A stretch of DNA of 64,000 bases, taken from contig CAWAIF010000003.1 in the NCBI GenBank assembly GCA_963782055.1, forward strand, positions 4,800,001-4,864,000. The letters are read 5' to 3'. This DNA comes from an uncultured delta proteobacterium (lineage in GTDB: Bacteria; Myxococcota_A; Polyangia; Polyangiales; Polyangiaceae). The notes under the pieces are model-generated. The model had not been told where the DNA came from. It saw only the letters and a list, made by a program, of their open reading frames with translations, and did not search any database. A program made the position numbers and the translations under genes. Positions 31,142-43,496 of this stretch are shown in pieces (within the stretch, counting starts at the first letter, position 1; every line of letters starts with the position of its first letter).

Positions 31142-31427
31142 ATGGCAGACATACGGCCGCTTCTCTCCCGACTTGCGGCAAGAGTCGTTGCGCACATGCG
31201 CGCACACGGACACCTGCGTCACGGGCTTCCTGACAACTGTGAATGGCCGGTCATGGGCGCCCTGATTTCCTGCGGGGAAGCCGCGCCCGCCGGCTGGCGT
31301 AGAGCTTGCTCGAGCTGGCAGCTGGCGCGCTGGACCCTGGGGGGTCTTTCGCGTTACGTTCAAGGAGATCGTCGTCGTCGTTCGCGCGTCGAATCGTTGG
31401 TGCGCACCCCTCGTCCTACCCACTGAG

Positions 31428-32924
31428 ATGTCCAACGAAGCCCCTCCCAGCAACGGCCTGGTCGCCGGGAAGTACGAGCTGCTCCGCATGATCGGTCGGG
31501 GTGGCATGGGATCGGTGTGGGAGGGGCGTCACGTCTCGCTGAGCACGCGCGTCGCCATCAAGTTCATCGAGAGCGAGTACACGGACAACGAGGAGGCCCG
31601 CAAGCGCTTCGACAACGAGGCGCGCGCCGCCGCCGCCCTCCAGTCCAAGCACGCGATCCAGATCTTCGACCACGGCGTCACCGACGACGGCAAGCCCTAC
31701 ATCGTCATGGAGCTGCTCGTCGGCGAGCCGCTCGACAAGCGCCTGGAGCGCGCGCGTCGCCTCTCCCCGCAGGAGACGGCGGTCATCGTGCAGCAGGTCT
31801 GCCGCGCGCTGCAGAAGGCGCACGACCACGGCATCGTCCACCGCGACCTCAAGCCGGAGAACATCTTCCTCGTCCGTTCGGAGGAGGAGGAAGAGGTCGC
31901 CAAGGTCCTGGACTTTGGCATCGCCAAGATGAAAAACCCCACGCAGGAGCAGGGCGTCTCCTCCAGCACCAAGACCGGCGCGGTGCTCGGCACGCCCTAT
32001 TACATGTCGCCGGAGCAGGCGCGTGGCCTGCGCAACGTCGACCACCGCACCGACCTCTGGTCGATGGGCGTCATCGTCTTCAAGTGCGTGACCGGCACCC
32101 TGCCCTTCGAGGGCGAGTCGCTGGGCAATCTGCTCGTCAAGATCTGCACCTCTCCCATCCCTGTGCCCTCGCAGCGGCTGCCCGGTCTGCCGCCTGCGTT
32201 CGACGCCTGGTTCGCCCGCGCGCTCGACCGCGATCCCAACCGTCGCTTCGGCAGCGCGCAGGAGCTCGCCGACGCCCTCGCCTACGCATGCGGCGTCAAC
32301 CTGCGTCGCGGGCCGCAGATCAGCGCGTCGGCCGTCCCCGCGTACAACACCCCCGCGATGGTGCCCGCAGCGTCGGGGCCCGCCACGCCCTACGGCGTGC
32401 CGGCGCAGTCGCCCTCGCCTTACGCGTCGCCCCCGCCCTACGGTAGCGGCGGGACGCAGCCGGGCTACGGCGCGCCCGGCGGACCGAGCGCGACGTCCGC
32501 CCCCTTCGTCGCCACCCCCGCGCCGCCGCAGCGCTCCTCAGGACTCGTCGTGGCCGCGATCGGCGCGGCCATCCTGGGCGTCGGGCTGGGCGTCTTCGGC
32601 GTCATCAAGCTCTCCGGCGCGGGCGAGAGCCACACCGCCGGCGCCGCGCAGGTGGACACGGTCAACACCGCCGAGCCGCCCACCACGACGGTCACCGCGC
32701 TGGTGACGGCGCCGCCGCCTCCCACCGTCACCCCGCCGCCGGCGGACACCACCACCAAACCGGCCACGACGGCGAAGCCTGCGCACACCACGAAGGTGCA
32801 GCATCGCGTGAAGCCGCCTCCGCCCCCGGCGACGACCACCGTCAAGAAGCCCCCTCCGCCTCCGCCCCCCGCGCACACCACGAAGAAGCCCCCCGGCGGC
32901 GGCGATTTCGGCCCCGGCTTCTGA
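31428..32924 (+). CDS. Membrane Ser/Thr protein kinase
   Basis: GRGGMG, HRDLKPEN, DFG, GTPYYMSPEQ; TM then Pro/Thr tail. Confidence 0.95.
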   Translation: MSNEAPPSNGLVAGKYELLRMIGRGGMGSVWEGRHVSLSTRVAIKFIESEYTDNEEARKRFDNEARAAAALQSKHAIQIFDHGVTDDGKPYIVMELLVGEPLDKRLERARRLSPQETAVIVQQVCRALQKAHDHGIVHRDLKPENIFLVRSEEEEEVAKVLDFGIAKMKNPTQEQGVSSSTKTGAVLGTPYYMSPEQARGLRNVDHRTDLWSMGVIVFKCVTGTLPFEGESLGNLLVKICTSPIPVPSQRLPGLPPAFDAWFARALDRDPNRRFGSAQELADALAYACGVNLRRGPQISASAVPAYNTPAMVPAASGPATPYGVPAQSPSPYASPPPYGSGGTQPGYGAPGGPSATSAPFVATPAPPQRSSGLVVAAIGAAILGVGLGVFGVIKLSGAGESHTAGAAQVDTVNTAEPPTTTVTALVTAPPPPTVTPPPADTTTKPATTAKPAHTTKVQHRVKPPPPPATTTVKKPPPPPPPAHTTKKPPGGGDFGPGF

Positions 32925-33031
32925 CCGCTTTCTCGCCCAGCAGGGGCGGAAAAGAGAATTGGGGGACACCGGGGCTCGTCTTTCGGTAGGCTGCCTCTTA
33001 CTCACGAGCTGACGCTCGTCCTGAGCTTCCC

Positions 33032-34420
33032 ATGCACACACGCGCCCTCGTCTTCTCCCTCGCCACCCTCACCGCCACCGTCTGCCTCGCCCCCCGTCCC
33101 GCCGTCGCCCAGCAAGTGAGCGACGCCGACCGACAGGCCGCGCGCGACCTGTACAACGCCGGCTGGGCGTTGCAGCAGCAGGGCAAGTACGCCGACGCGG
33201 TGGACAAGTACCAGCGGTCCCTCTCGGTGTACCCGGCGCCAACGACGGCGCTGCGCATGGCGCAGTGCAAGGCCGCGCTGGGGCAGCTGGTGGAGGCGTC
33301 GGAGGAGTACCGCGCCATCGTCAACACGCAGCTCCCGGCGGGCTCTCCAGACGCGTTCCAGAAGGCGAAGGAGGCCGCGGCGGGGGAGCTGGGGAAGGTG
33401 GAGCCGCGCATCCCCAAGCTGAAGATCTTCGTGCAGCCGTCCAACGCGCCGGGGCTGACGGTCACCGTCGACAACCAGCAGGTGCCCAACGCGCTGCTGG
33501 GCGTGGGGCGTCCGGTGGACCCCGGGCACCACAAGGTGGTGGCGATCGCGCAGGGGTACGATCAGGCGGAGCAGTCGCTCGACGTGCGCGAGAAGCAGAC
33601 GCAGGAGGTCCACCTGACGATGAAGGCGGGCAGCGGGGGGAGCGGGGTGACCTACGGGCCGCCTGGCGGCGGGGGCAACGGGGTGACCATCAGCGGCGGC
33701 GGTGGTGGGACGGCGACGGGCACCGGCACCGATACGGGAACGGGGGCCGGCACGGGCACGGGCACGGGCACGGGCACGGGCACGGGCGGCAAGTGGGTCC
33801 CCCCGTCGGCCCGGCCGAAGCCGAAGGTCTCCAGGACGGGCCTCCTGCTCGGCGGCGGCCTGGGCATCGCCTTCCCCAGCGGCGGCAACTTCACCGGCGA
33901 CAGCAACAGCCCCAGCCTCGCCGACAACGTGGGGGCCGGCGCGGCGTTCAGCCTGGATGCCGGCCTGCGCTTCGCCAACATCTGGGTCGTGGCGGCCACG
34001 CTGGAGGGCGACGCCTACTCCGACGGCGGCAGCCAGACCATCGTGGTCGGGACCAACTCGGTCCTCAGCCGATTGAGCACAGGTTCGCTCGTTGGCGCCA
34101 CCATCGGCGTGATCAGCAGCCCGGACCACTTCGGCTTCTACGGCAACCTCGGCTTCGGCTGGCGCACGACGAAGGTGAACTTCACCCTCGACGACCTCAG
34201 CACCGCGTACAACGTCTTCTCCGGCCCGGAGTTCCTGCTCACCCTCGGCCTCGCCATTCCCGCGGGCCCGCTCCGTATCCTGCCCAACGCCAGCTTCGGC
34301 ATCGGCTCCTATTCCAATTTCGAGGCCGGCGACGGCACGTCCCAGAGCGTCAGCAACGCAAGCATCCACATGTGGGGCGTGCTCGGCGTGAAGGTCTTCT
34401 TCGACATCAACCTGCGTTGA
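33032..34420 (+). CDS. TPR/PEGA-like secreted protein with C-terminal beta-barrel-like region
   Basis: Signal peptide, TPR-like helices, VDPG.H.V motif, Gly-Thr linker, amphipathic strands. Confidence 0.75.
   Translation: MHTRALVFSLATLTATVCLAPRPAVAQQVSDADRQAARDLYNAGWALQQQGKYADAVDKYQRSLSVYPAPTTALRMAQCKAALGQLVEASEEYRAIVNTQLPAGSPDAFQKAKEAAAGELGKVEPRIPKLKIFVQPSNAPGLTVTVDNQQVPNALLGVGRPVDPGHHKVVAIAQGYDQAEQSLDVREKQTQEVHLTMKAGSGGSGVTYGPPGGGGNGVTISGGGGGTATGTGTDTGTGAGTGTGTGTGTGTGGKWVPPSARPKPKVSRTGLLLGGGLGIAFPSGGNFTGDSNSPSLADNVGAGAAFSLDAGLRFANIWVVAATLEGDAYSDGGSQTIVVGTNSVLSRLSTGSLVGATIGVISSPDHFGFYGNLGFGWRTTKVNFTLDDLSTAYNVFSGPEFLLTLGLAIPAGPLRILPNASFGIGSYSNFEAGDGTSQSVSNASIHMWGVLGVKVFFDINLR
33749..33784 (+). 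repeat. (GGCACG)6 microsatellite encoding Gly-Thr
   Basis: Direct reading of the sequence. Confidence 0.85.
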
Positions 34421-35136
34421 TGCGTCGCACGGCGCTCCTCTTCGCCCCGGCGCTCCTCGTCCCGGCGCTCGCCTTCGCGCAGGACGACGCCGGCGCGCCG
34501 GCGCCGGGGGACGCCACGGCCGACGGCGCCGACGCCGCCACGGCGACCACCACCGCGGACGCCGCGCCGACGATCGACCCGCACGAGCTGCCGCCCGAGT
34601 CGCCGAAGCTGGTGGTGAAGCAGCCCACCGAGTCCCTCTACAGCGCGATGGGCGGCTTCCGCGGCGGCTTCGCCCTCGCCGCGGGGGAGATGGGCGCCGA
34701 CGTCGGCCCGGCGGGCGACTTTGGCCTGGAGGGCGGCGCGCGCTTCCTCCGCAACTTCTATGGCGGCCTCATCGGCTCGGGCACGCTCTTCGTCACGCCC
34801 AGCAAGACGATGGCGCAGAGCGTCTCCAGCTTCCTCTTCGGCTTCGAGGCAGGGTGGTTCTCCAACCCCAAGGGCTTCGGCTTCTTCGGCGCCGCGGGCG
34901 CCGCCTTGCGCTACGTCTCCATCGGCGACTCCAATGGCACGTCCATCGGCCGCGGCGGCGGGGACTTCCTGCTGACGGTGGCGATGCACTTCAAGATCGG
35001 CCACCACGTGCGGCTGCTCCCGCGCATCGACATGCAGGCGGGCGCCGCCGGCGGCTACGGGCACGCGATCTTCGTCTTCGGCCTGTCCGCCTGGTACAAC
35101 CAGGACTTCGGCGGCTCGAAGAAGGAGACGGAGTAG
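34420..35136 (+). CDS. Probable outer-membrane beta-barrel protein
   Basis: TGATG overlap, signal peptide ending AFA, alternating aromatic/Gly strands. Confidence 0.6.
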   Translation: MRRTALLFAPALLVPALAFAQDDAGAPAPGDATADGADAATATTTADAAPTIDPHELPPESPKLVVKQPTESLYSAMGGFRGGFALAAGEMGADVGPAGDFGLEGGARFLRNFYGGLIGSGTLFVTPSKTMAQSVSSFLFGFEAGWFSNPKGFGFFGAAGAALRYVSIGDSNGTSIGRGGGDFLLTVAMHFKIGHHVRLLPRIDMQAGAAGGYGHAIFVFGLSAWYNQDFGGSKKETE

Positions 35137-35138
35137 CG

Positions 35139-35858
35139 CTACTCCGCGCGGCCCTTCGGGCCGACGCCGCTCACGTGCACCGCGCACACGCCCGCCGGTC
35201 GCGACGCCACGTCGAAGACCGGCGCGTCGCAGCGCTCGCACACGAACAGGGAGTGCTCGTAGCCCTCCGGGCGGAGCAGCGCGTCGACCGCGACGAGGGA
35301 CAGCACGCGATCGACGAGGCTCATCCGGCCGCGCGCGCGGGGCACCAGCGCGAGGTTGCCGTCGGTATCGCGGGCGCGGCCGACCAGCTCGGTCATGGCG
35401 GCGTGGGCGGCGAAGGCGGTGAGGCCCTCCGGCGTCATGAGCTCGCGCAGGACGAAGACCACGTCGGTGCGCATGTCGGCGAGCAGGCGCGAGACGCGAT
35501 CTTCCGGGACGGTCACGCCGCTCGCGGGGACGGGGGTGAGGTCCGACTCGGCGGGGGTGTCGGTCTCCAGCGTCAGCACCTGCGCGAAGACCGCGCTGCG
35601 CCGGAAGGAGGCGGAGTCGGGGACGCCGGCGCGCAGGCCGAGGGCGTGCTCGCCGGACATGGGCGCGTCACCGAAGGTGAGCGTGCGGTACGGGCCGCTC
35701 AGCCAGAGCGCGAGCTCGCGCTTGCCCCACCCGTCGCGGGCGCCGGCGAGGATCTGCAGCACCGCGCGGCGGCAGGTGTTGGCAAACTCGTGGGGCCCGA
35801 CGTCACCCGGGAAGTCCCCGAAGTCGACAAGCCGCTCCTCGGCAATCCCTCGCTCCAT
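35139..35858 (-). CDS. Hypothetical protein with C-terminal CxxC...CxxH zinc-finger-like motif
   Basis: CERC...CAVH; GAGGAG RBS; paralog of 20799-21347. Confidence 0.7.
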   Translation of the reverse strand: MERGIAEERLVDFGDFPGDVGPHEFANTCRRAVLQILAGARDGWGKRELALWLSGPYRTLTFGDAPMSGEHALGLRAGVPDSASFRRSAVFAQVLTLETDTPAESDLTPVPASGVTVPEDRVSRLLADMRTDVVFVLRELMTPEGLTAFAAHAAMTELVGRARDTDGNLALVPRARGRMSLVDRVLSLVAVDALLRPEGYEHSLFVCERCDAPVFDVASRPAGVCAVHVSGVGPKGRAE

Positions 35859-35975
35859 GGCTCCTCATCGGCCGCCCCGCAGAGGCGGTTCCGCGGACAG
35901 CCTTATCGAAGAATTCGAGCCGGAGCGCAAGACCCGGGGACTCCCTGCCCCCCCTTTCATCGACACCGCGCCACG

Positions 35976-36012
35976 CGCCGGAGTGCAAGCATGCTTGCAC
36001 TCCGACGTTCGG
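35976..36012. repeat. Dispersed palindrome copy 3 (inverted; perfect 26-bp core)
   Basis: cggagtgcaagca|tgcttgcactccg at 35979-36004, followed by acgttcg. Confidence 0.85.
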
Positions 36013-36113
36013 GAGGGAAAAGCCGCGGGATGAGGGGGGGACCGCGGCGAGTGACCGAGCGACCGGTCTGCGGCCATTCCACCCGGCGTCGGGGTCATCA
36101 CTCGCCGAGGGGG

Positions 36114-36605
36114 TCACTCGTAGAAGCGGGAATGGATGGCGATGGCGGCGAGGACGGCCACCTCCGGCGGCACGTCGCGCTCCTCGCGCAGGTCCACCTT
36201 GAAGCGGTCGCGGATGCCAGGCTCCTTCATGACGATCAACGCGATCTTGCCGTCGTTGTTCTTGCACTCGAAGACGTCCTTCACGACGCCGACGACGCCG
36301 GCGTTGGCGTGGTAGCCCTTGCCGTTGACCGACATGGTGAGCGTCTTGCGGAAGGCGATGGCGGAGAAGTTGAGGGTCGCCATCTCCTCGTTGCCGGGGC
36401 CGCGCACCTGGAATTTCGTCTTGAGAACGTTGCCCTTGAGGGTCGCCAGAGGCTTGCCCTCCTTGACGTCGCTCAGGTGCAGGTGGGGCGTGGTCGTGAC
36501 GAGCTCGCCCTTGACCAGCATGCTCGGCTCGCCCTCGCCGTTCACCTTGACGTCGTACTGGGCCGACATGGACATCAGGCGTTGCACGATCTCGTAGCTC
36601 GGCAT
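36114..36605 (-). CDS. LURP-one/scramblase (Tubby C-like) protein
   Basis: Y.I.QRLMS...Y.V; C-terminal RDRF.V...AAIAI pattern. Confidence 0.65.
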   Translation of the reverse strand: MPSYEIVQRLMSMSAQYDVKVNGEGEPSMLVKGELVTTTPHLHLSDVKEGKPLATLKGNVLKTKFQVRGPGNEEMATLNFSAIAFRKTLTMSVNGKGYHANAGVVGVVKDVFECKNNDGKIALIVMKEPGIRDRFKVDLREERDVPPEVAVLAAIAIHSRFYE

Positions 36606-36645
36606 CGATCCTCCGATTGGCCATGGTAACCCCGCCCGCCCCCCA

Positions 36646-36688
36646 GAGAAAAAGAAAAGCCCGCGCCGAACGTGCCGGCGCGGGCTTT
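36646..36688 (-). terminator. Rho-independent terminator of hppA
   Basis: aaagcccgcgccg/cggcgcgggcttt stem followed on the minus strand by TCTTTTTCTC. Confidence 0.85.
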
Positions 36689-36707
36689 CCCTCGACCCCG
36701 GAGGGGC

Positions 36708-39248
<2,541 letters not shown>

Positions 39249-39378
39249 CGAGAGACCTCTCTGAGTGAGGGCCTCTCGCGTCCGTGTGGCGGTGCCGAAG
39301 CCTCGGTGCCCCAGCGGAGAGATGCGAGAGACCCGCGATCTCGAGGGGTTGGCCGCCTGCGTTCGCGCAGGACGCTTC

Positions 39379-39394
39379 AGCACGCCTCGTGCCG
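39379..39394 (-). promoter_or_regulatory. Candidate sigma54 promoter upstream of hppA
   Basis: CGGCACGAGGCGTGCT (GG-N10-GC). Confidence 0.45.
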
Positions 39395-39520
39395 GCCGGG
39401 CGTACCCGAGCGGCGGCGGCGATCTACCAGGATGGGGCGCCCCATGCAATGGATCGGAGGTAAAAGCGCGGAAACATTGGTCGAACCGGGATGGGCCCGC
39501 GGGGCGGGGCCGCCGGCCGC

Positions 39521-39548
39521 ACGGACCGCGAGCATGCTGACAGTGGGG
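39521..39548. repeat. Dispersed palindrome copy 4 (degenerate)
   Basis: cggaccgcgAGCATGCTgacagt; left arm matches copy 2. Confidence 0.55.
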
Positions 39549-39577
39549 CCTCCGACGCCCCGGTCACCGCGTCCCGC

Positions 39578-40258
39578 TCACGGCGGGCCGAGCTCGTGCA
39601 TCGGGATGTCGTAGACGAAGGCCCCCTCCACCCCGGACAGCTCCACCCGGGCCCGGTCGTTCGGCTTGGCCCCCGGCTTGGCGGTGACGCGCCCCTCCGC
39701 CATCCACTGAAGCACGGTGCGCAGCAGGGCGTGCTCCGCGCCGAGGACGCGCTCGCGGAGCGACTCGTCGTCGTCGGTCCCGAGCACCGGCACCACCGCC
39801 TGCGCGATGATCGGGCCGGTGTCGGTGCCCTGGTCGACGAAGTGCACGGTGCAGCCCGTCAGCTTCACCCCGTAGTGGAAGGCCTGCGACTGGGCGTTCA
39901 GCCCCGGGAAGGCGGGCAGCAGGGCCGGGTGGATGTTGACGACGCGCATGGGGAAGGCGTCGAGCAGCTCGGAGGTGACGACGCGCATGAAGCCGGCGAG
40001 CACCACGTAGTCCACCTCGTGGCCGACCAGCACCTCCACCACCGCGGCGTCGAAGGCGGTGCGGCTGCCGTAGCGGCGGTGGTCGATGACCACGGCGGGG
40101 ATGCCGGCCTTCTTCGCCCGCGCGACGCCGCCCGCCGAGGCGACGTTGGAGATGACGACGGCGAGCCGCGCGTCGAGCTGGCCGGCGTCGATCCCGTCCA
40201 GGATGGCCTGAAGGTTGGTTCCCTCGCCGGAGAGCAGCACGCCGAGCTTGAGGGTCAT
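39578..40258 (-). CDS. purN: Phosphoribosylglycinamide formyltransferase
   Basis: SGEGTNLQA, LAGFMR, NIHPALLP, GCTVHFVD and DTGPII motifs. Confidence 0.96.
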   Translation of the reverse strand: MTLKLGVLLSGEGTNLQAILDGIDAGQLDARLAVVISNVASAGGVARAKKAGIPAVVIDHRRYGSRTAFDAAVVEVLVGHEVDYVVLAGFMRVVTSELLDAFPMRVVNIHPALLPAFPGLNAQSQAFHYGVKLTGCTVHFVDQGTDTGPIIAQAVVPVLGTDDDESLRERVLGAEHALLRTVLQWMAEGRVTAKPGAKPNDRARVELSGVEGAFVYDIPMHELGPP

Positions 40259-41298
40259 GTGACGTCCCAGATGACGCGCGCCTCGAAGGGCGCTTCCTTG
40301 TCGACACGCACGACGCGGCCGAGATCGATCGGGGTCTCCCCGGCGTCGTGCAGGGCGCGGGCGGCGCCGGTCGCGGTGGACGCGGCGACCACGAAGACGA
40401 AGCCGACACCCAGGTTGAAGGTGGCGCGCATCTCCGGCTCCTCGACCGGGCCTCGCCGGGCGATGAGGTCGAACACCGGCGGACGCTGCCACGGCGCGCC
40501 CAGGCGCACCCCGAGCCCCTCCGGCAGCACGCGCGGCAGGTTGCCGGGGAGCCCGCCGCCGGTGACGTGGCTCATCGCCCGGACGTCCACGTCGCTGCGC
40601 GCGCAGAGCGTCCGGACGATGCGCGCGTAGAGGCGCGTCGGGCGGAGCAGCGCCTCCGCCACCGTGGCGCCGCCGAGCTCCTCCGGCCGCTCCTCGCTCG
40701 CGTCGCCCAGCACACGCCGCGCCAGGGAGTAGCCGTTGGAGTGCAGCCCGGAGGACGCGAGGCCCAGGACGTGATCGCCCTCGGCCACGCGCGAGCCGTC
40801 GACCAGGCGCGAGCGGGCGACGACGCCGACGCAGAAGCCGGCGAGGTCGTACTCGCCGGGCGCGTACATGCCGGGGAGCTCGGCCGTCTCGCCGCCGAGC
40901 AGCGCGCAGCCGGACTCCTCGCACCCGCGGGCGATGCCGGTGATGACCTTCTCCGCCACGGCGACGTCCAGCTTGCTGGTGGCGAAGTAGTCGAGGAAAA
41001 AGAGGGGGCGCGCGCCGGTCGTCACCACGTCGTTGACGCTCATCGCCACCAGGTCGATGCCGATGGTGTCGTGCACGCCCGTGGCGAAGGCCACCTTGAG
41101 CTTGGTGCCGACGCCGTCGGTGCCGCTGACGAGCACCGGCTCGTCCACGCCCTCCGGCACGCGGCAGAGTCCCGCGAAGCCGCCGACGTCGGCGAGGACC
41201 TCCGCGATGCGCGTCGCCCGCGCGAGGGGCTTGATGCGCTCGACCAGCTCGTCGCCCGCCTCGATGTCGACGCCCGCGTGCCGGTAGGTGACCGCCAT
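40255..41298 (-). CDS. purM: AIR synthetase
   Basis: GTDGVGTKL, GGETAELPG, SSGLHSNGYSL and HVTGGG motifs. Confidence 0.97.
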   Translation of the reverse strand: MAVTYRHAGVDIEAGDELVERIKPLARATRIAEVLADVGGFAGLCRVPEGVDEPVLVSGTDGVGTKLKVAFATGVHDTIGIDLVAMSVNDVVTTGARPLFFLDYFATSKLDVAVAEKVITGIARGCEESGCALLGGETAELPGMYAPGEYDLAGFCVGVVARSRLVDGSRVAEGDHVLGLASSGLHSNGYSLARRVLGDASEERPEELGGATVAEALLRPTRLYARIVRTLCARSDVDVRAMSHVTGGGLPGNLPRVLPEGLGVRLGAPWQRPPVFDLIARRGPVEEPEMRATFNLGVGFVFVVAASTATGAARALHDAGETPIDLGRVVRVDKEAPFEARVIWDVT

Positions 41299-41367
41299 GC
41301 CGCGACGCTAAATCACCACCGCAGATTCGGCTACGCAGATCGTGAGGCCGCGAGCCTCGCTGCCAGG

Positions 41368-41397
41368 CCTCGGAGCGGGAGCATGCGAGCGGTCGCA
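41368..41397. repeat. Dispersed palindrome copy 5 (degenerate)
   Basis: cctcggagcgggagcatgcgagcggtcg, closest to the copy at 49950. Confidence 0.6.
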
Positions 41398-41526
41398 CGG
41401 TCCACGACGACCTCGGCAGGGACGCGCCATCCCGGCCGGGTCGCCACAATCGAGCCGGCCCTTCGTCACTCATCGAAGAGTCACGAGGGGCTTGCCCCAT
41501 CGCCCCACCTGTGCGATGGCGCGCCG

Positions 41527-43071
41527 ATGGCGCATCGCCGGACCGCCGGGGTCACCTTACCGCTCTTCTCCATCCGCAGCGCCCGCGACTGGGGGGTGGG
41601 CGAGATCGGCGATCTGCCCGCGTGCGCGCGCTTCGTACGCAGCGCCGGCTTCGGGATCTTGCAGCTCTTGCCCGTCTACGAGCTGGCGCGCGGGGAGACC
41701 TCACCCTACGGGGCGCGCACCGGCTTCGGCCTGGACCCGCTGTACGCGTCCATCGAGGAGGTGCCCGAGCTGGACCCGGCCGCCATCGACGAGGCGCTCG
41801 GCGCGGAGGGAATGGCGGAGCGCGAGCGCCTGCACGCCGCGCCTCGCGTGGACTACGAGGCGGTGCGCACCCTGAAGATGCGCGCGCTGGAGGCGGCGTT
41901 CGCGCGCTTCGAGGAGCGGGAGTGGTCTCGCGGCACGCGACGCGCCAAGGAGCTCGAGATGTTCGCCGGCCGCGAGGCCGGGTGGGAGGACGACCTGGCC
42001 CTGTACGTGGCGCTGCGCGACGAGCATCACGAGCACGGCTGGCGCACGTGGCCGACCGCCGAGCGGCTGCGCGATCCGGCGAGCCTCGACGAGGCGCGCG
42101 GGCGGCTCGCCCGCCGGGTCCGCTTTCACCAGTACCTGCAGTGGGTGCTGCACGATCAGTGGACGCGCGCCCGCAAGGCGGTGGAGGCGGAGAGCGTCTC
42201 GCTCATGGGCGACCTGCCCTTCATCGTGGGGCGCGAGAGCGCCGACGTGTGGGCGAACGCGCGCATCTTCCGCGACGACCTGGATCTGGGCGCGCCGCCG
42301 GACGGGTTCTCGGCGGTCGGCCAGTCGTGGGGGCTTCCGCCGTACGACTGGCAGGCGCTCGCGCAGGAGGGCCACGCGTGGCTGCGCGCGCGCGTGGCGC
42401 ACGCGGGGCGGCTCTACCACTCCTTCCGGCTGGACCACGTCGTCGGGTACTTCCGCCAGTACGTGCGGGCGGGCGAGGCGCTCGGCCGCTTCGACCCGGA
42501 GGAGGAGGCGGACCAGCTCGCGCACGGCAAGATGCTGCTGGGCGCCATCCTGGAGGCTGCCGGCGGCTCGGCGCTCATCGCCGAGGATCTCGGCGTGATC
42601 CCGGCGTTCGTGCGCGCGACGCTCGTGGAGATGGGCGTGCCCGGCTACAAGATCCTGCCCTGGGAGCGCGACGCCCAGGAGAAGCTGCGCGACCCGGCGG
42701 AGCTGCCTGCGCTGTCGGTCGCCTCGTACAGCACACACGACACCGCGCCCATCAACGCCTGGTGGCCAGAGCTGCCCGAGACGGACCGCGCGCGCCTCGC
42801 CGAGCTGGGCGGCTTCGAGCAGGACGCGCCGGCGGACGAGCGCGAGCGCGGCCTGTTCCGCCTGCTCTTCTCCGCGCCCTCCGAGCGGGCGCTGGTGCTC
42901 GCGCCGGAGCTCTTCGGCGAGACGACGCGCATCAACGTGCCGAGCACGGTGGGTAACGACAACTGGACGTACCGCATGCCCGCGCCCATGCAGCGGCTGG
43001 ACGCCGACCCGGCGATGCGCGCGCGGCTGGACGCCTTCGCCGCGATGCTGCGCGCGACCGGACGGGTCTGA
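41527..43071 (+). CDS. malQ: 4-alpha-glucanotransferase (GH77)
   Basis: GDLPF, GAPPD.FS..GQ.WGLP, RLDH, AEDLG and THD motifs. Confidence 0.95.
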   Translation: MAHRRTAGVTLPLFSIRSARDWGVGEIGDLPACARFVRSAGFGILQLLPVYELARGETSPYGARTGFGLDPLYASIEEVPELDPAAIDEALGAEGMAERERLHAAPRVDYEAVRTLKMRALEAAFARFEEREWSRGTRRAKELEMFAGREAGWEDDLALYVALRDEHHEHGWRTWPTAERLRDPASLDEARGRLARRVRFHQYLQWVLHDQWTRARKAVEAESVSLMGDLPFIVGRESADVWANARIFRDDLDLGAPPDGFSAVGQSWGLPPYDWQALAQEGHAWLRARVAHAGRLYHSFRLDHVVGYFRQYVRAGEALGRFDPEEEADQLAHGKMLLGAILEAAGGSALIAEDLGVIPAFVRATLVEMGVPGYKILPWERDAQEKLRDPAELPALSVASYSTHDTAPINAWWPELPETDRARLAELGGFEQDAPADERERGLFRLLFSAPSERALVLAPELFGETTRINVPSTVGNDNWTYRMPAPMQRLDADPAMRARLDAFAAMLRATGRV

Positions 43072-43074
43072 ACG

Positions 43075-43479
43075 TCAGGCTTCGGAGGAGGCGGGAGGCG
43101 CTTCCTCGAGCTCCCACGCCACCTCGCCGAGCAGGCCCTCCAGGGTCTCGAGCGGCATGGGCTTCCAGGGCGTGCCCATGTCGACGAGATCGCCGCTGGC
43201 GTCCATCGGCAGGTTCGCCTCGATGGGGTAGTAGCGGTTGTGCGCCTCGATGAGCGCGTTCAGCTTCGTCAGGCGCTGGTGGACGCTGCGCATGAAGCGC
43301 TCGTCCGCGGAGGGCGCGCGCAGATCGCCGAGCAGCGACTCACGGAGGTCCTCGATGCGGCGGCGCCGGATCATGTAGGCGGGCGGCCCTGCGACGATGG
43401 CGCGCACGCGCTCGGCGGTGGTGAGGCTGAAGTTGCGCGCAGGCGCGGCGGTCTGGATGGGGCGGGGCTTCTTGGGCAC
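43075..43479 (-). CDS. Hypothetical protein
   Basis: GTG start; GPPAY.RR.RIE and HNRYYPIEANLPMD; GC3-rich. Confidence 0.65.
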   Translation of the reverse strand: MPKKPRPIQTAAPARNFSLTTAERVRAIVAGPPAYMIRRRRIEDLRESLLGDLRAPSADERFMRSVHQRLTKLNALIEAHNRYYPIEANLPMDASGDLVDMGTPWKPMPLETLEGLLGEVAWELEEAPPASSEA

Positions 43480-43496
43480 GGCTCGCCCCCATCTTG

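Noticed and set aside
39249..39480. Named riboswitch (c-di-AMP or Na+) in the hppA leader
   Set aside because: Could not match a consensus by eye; needs an Rfam scan.
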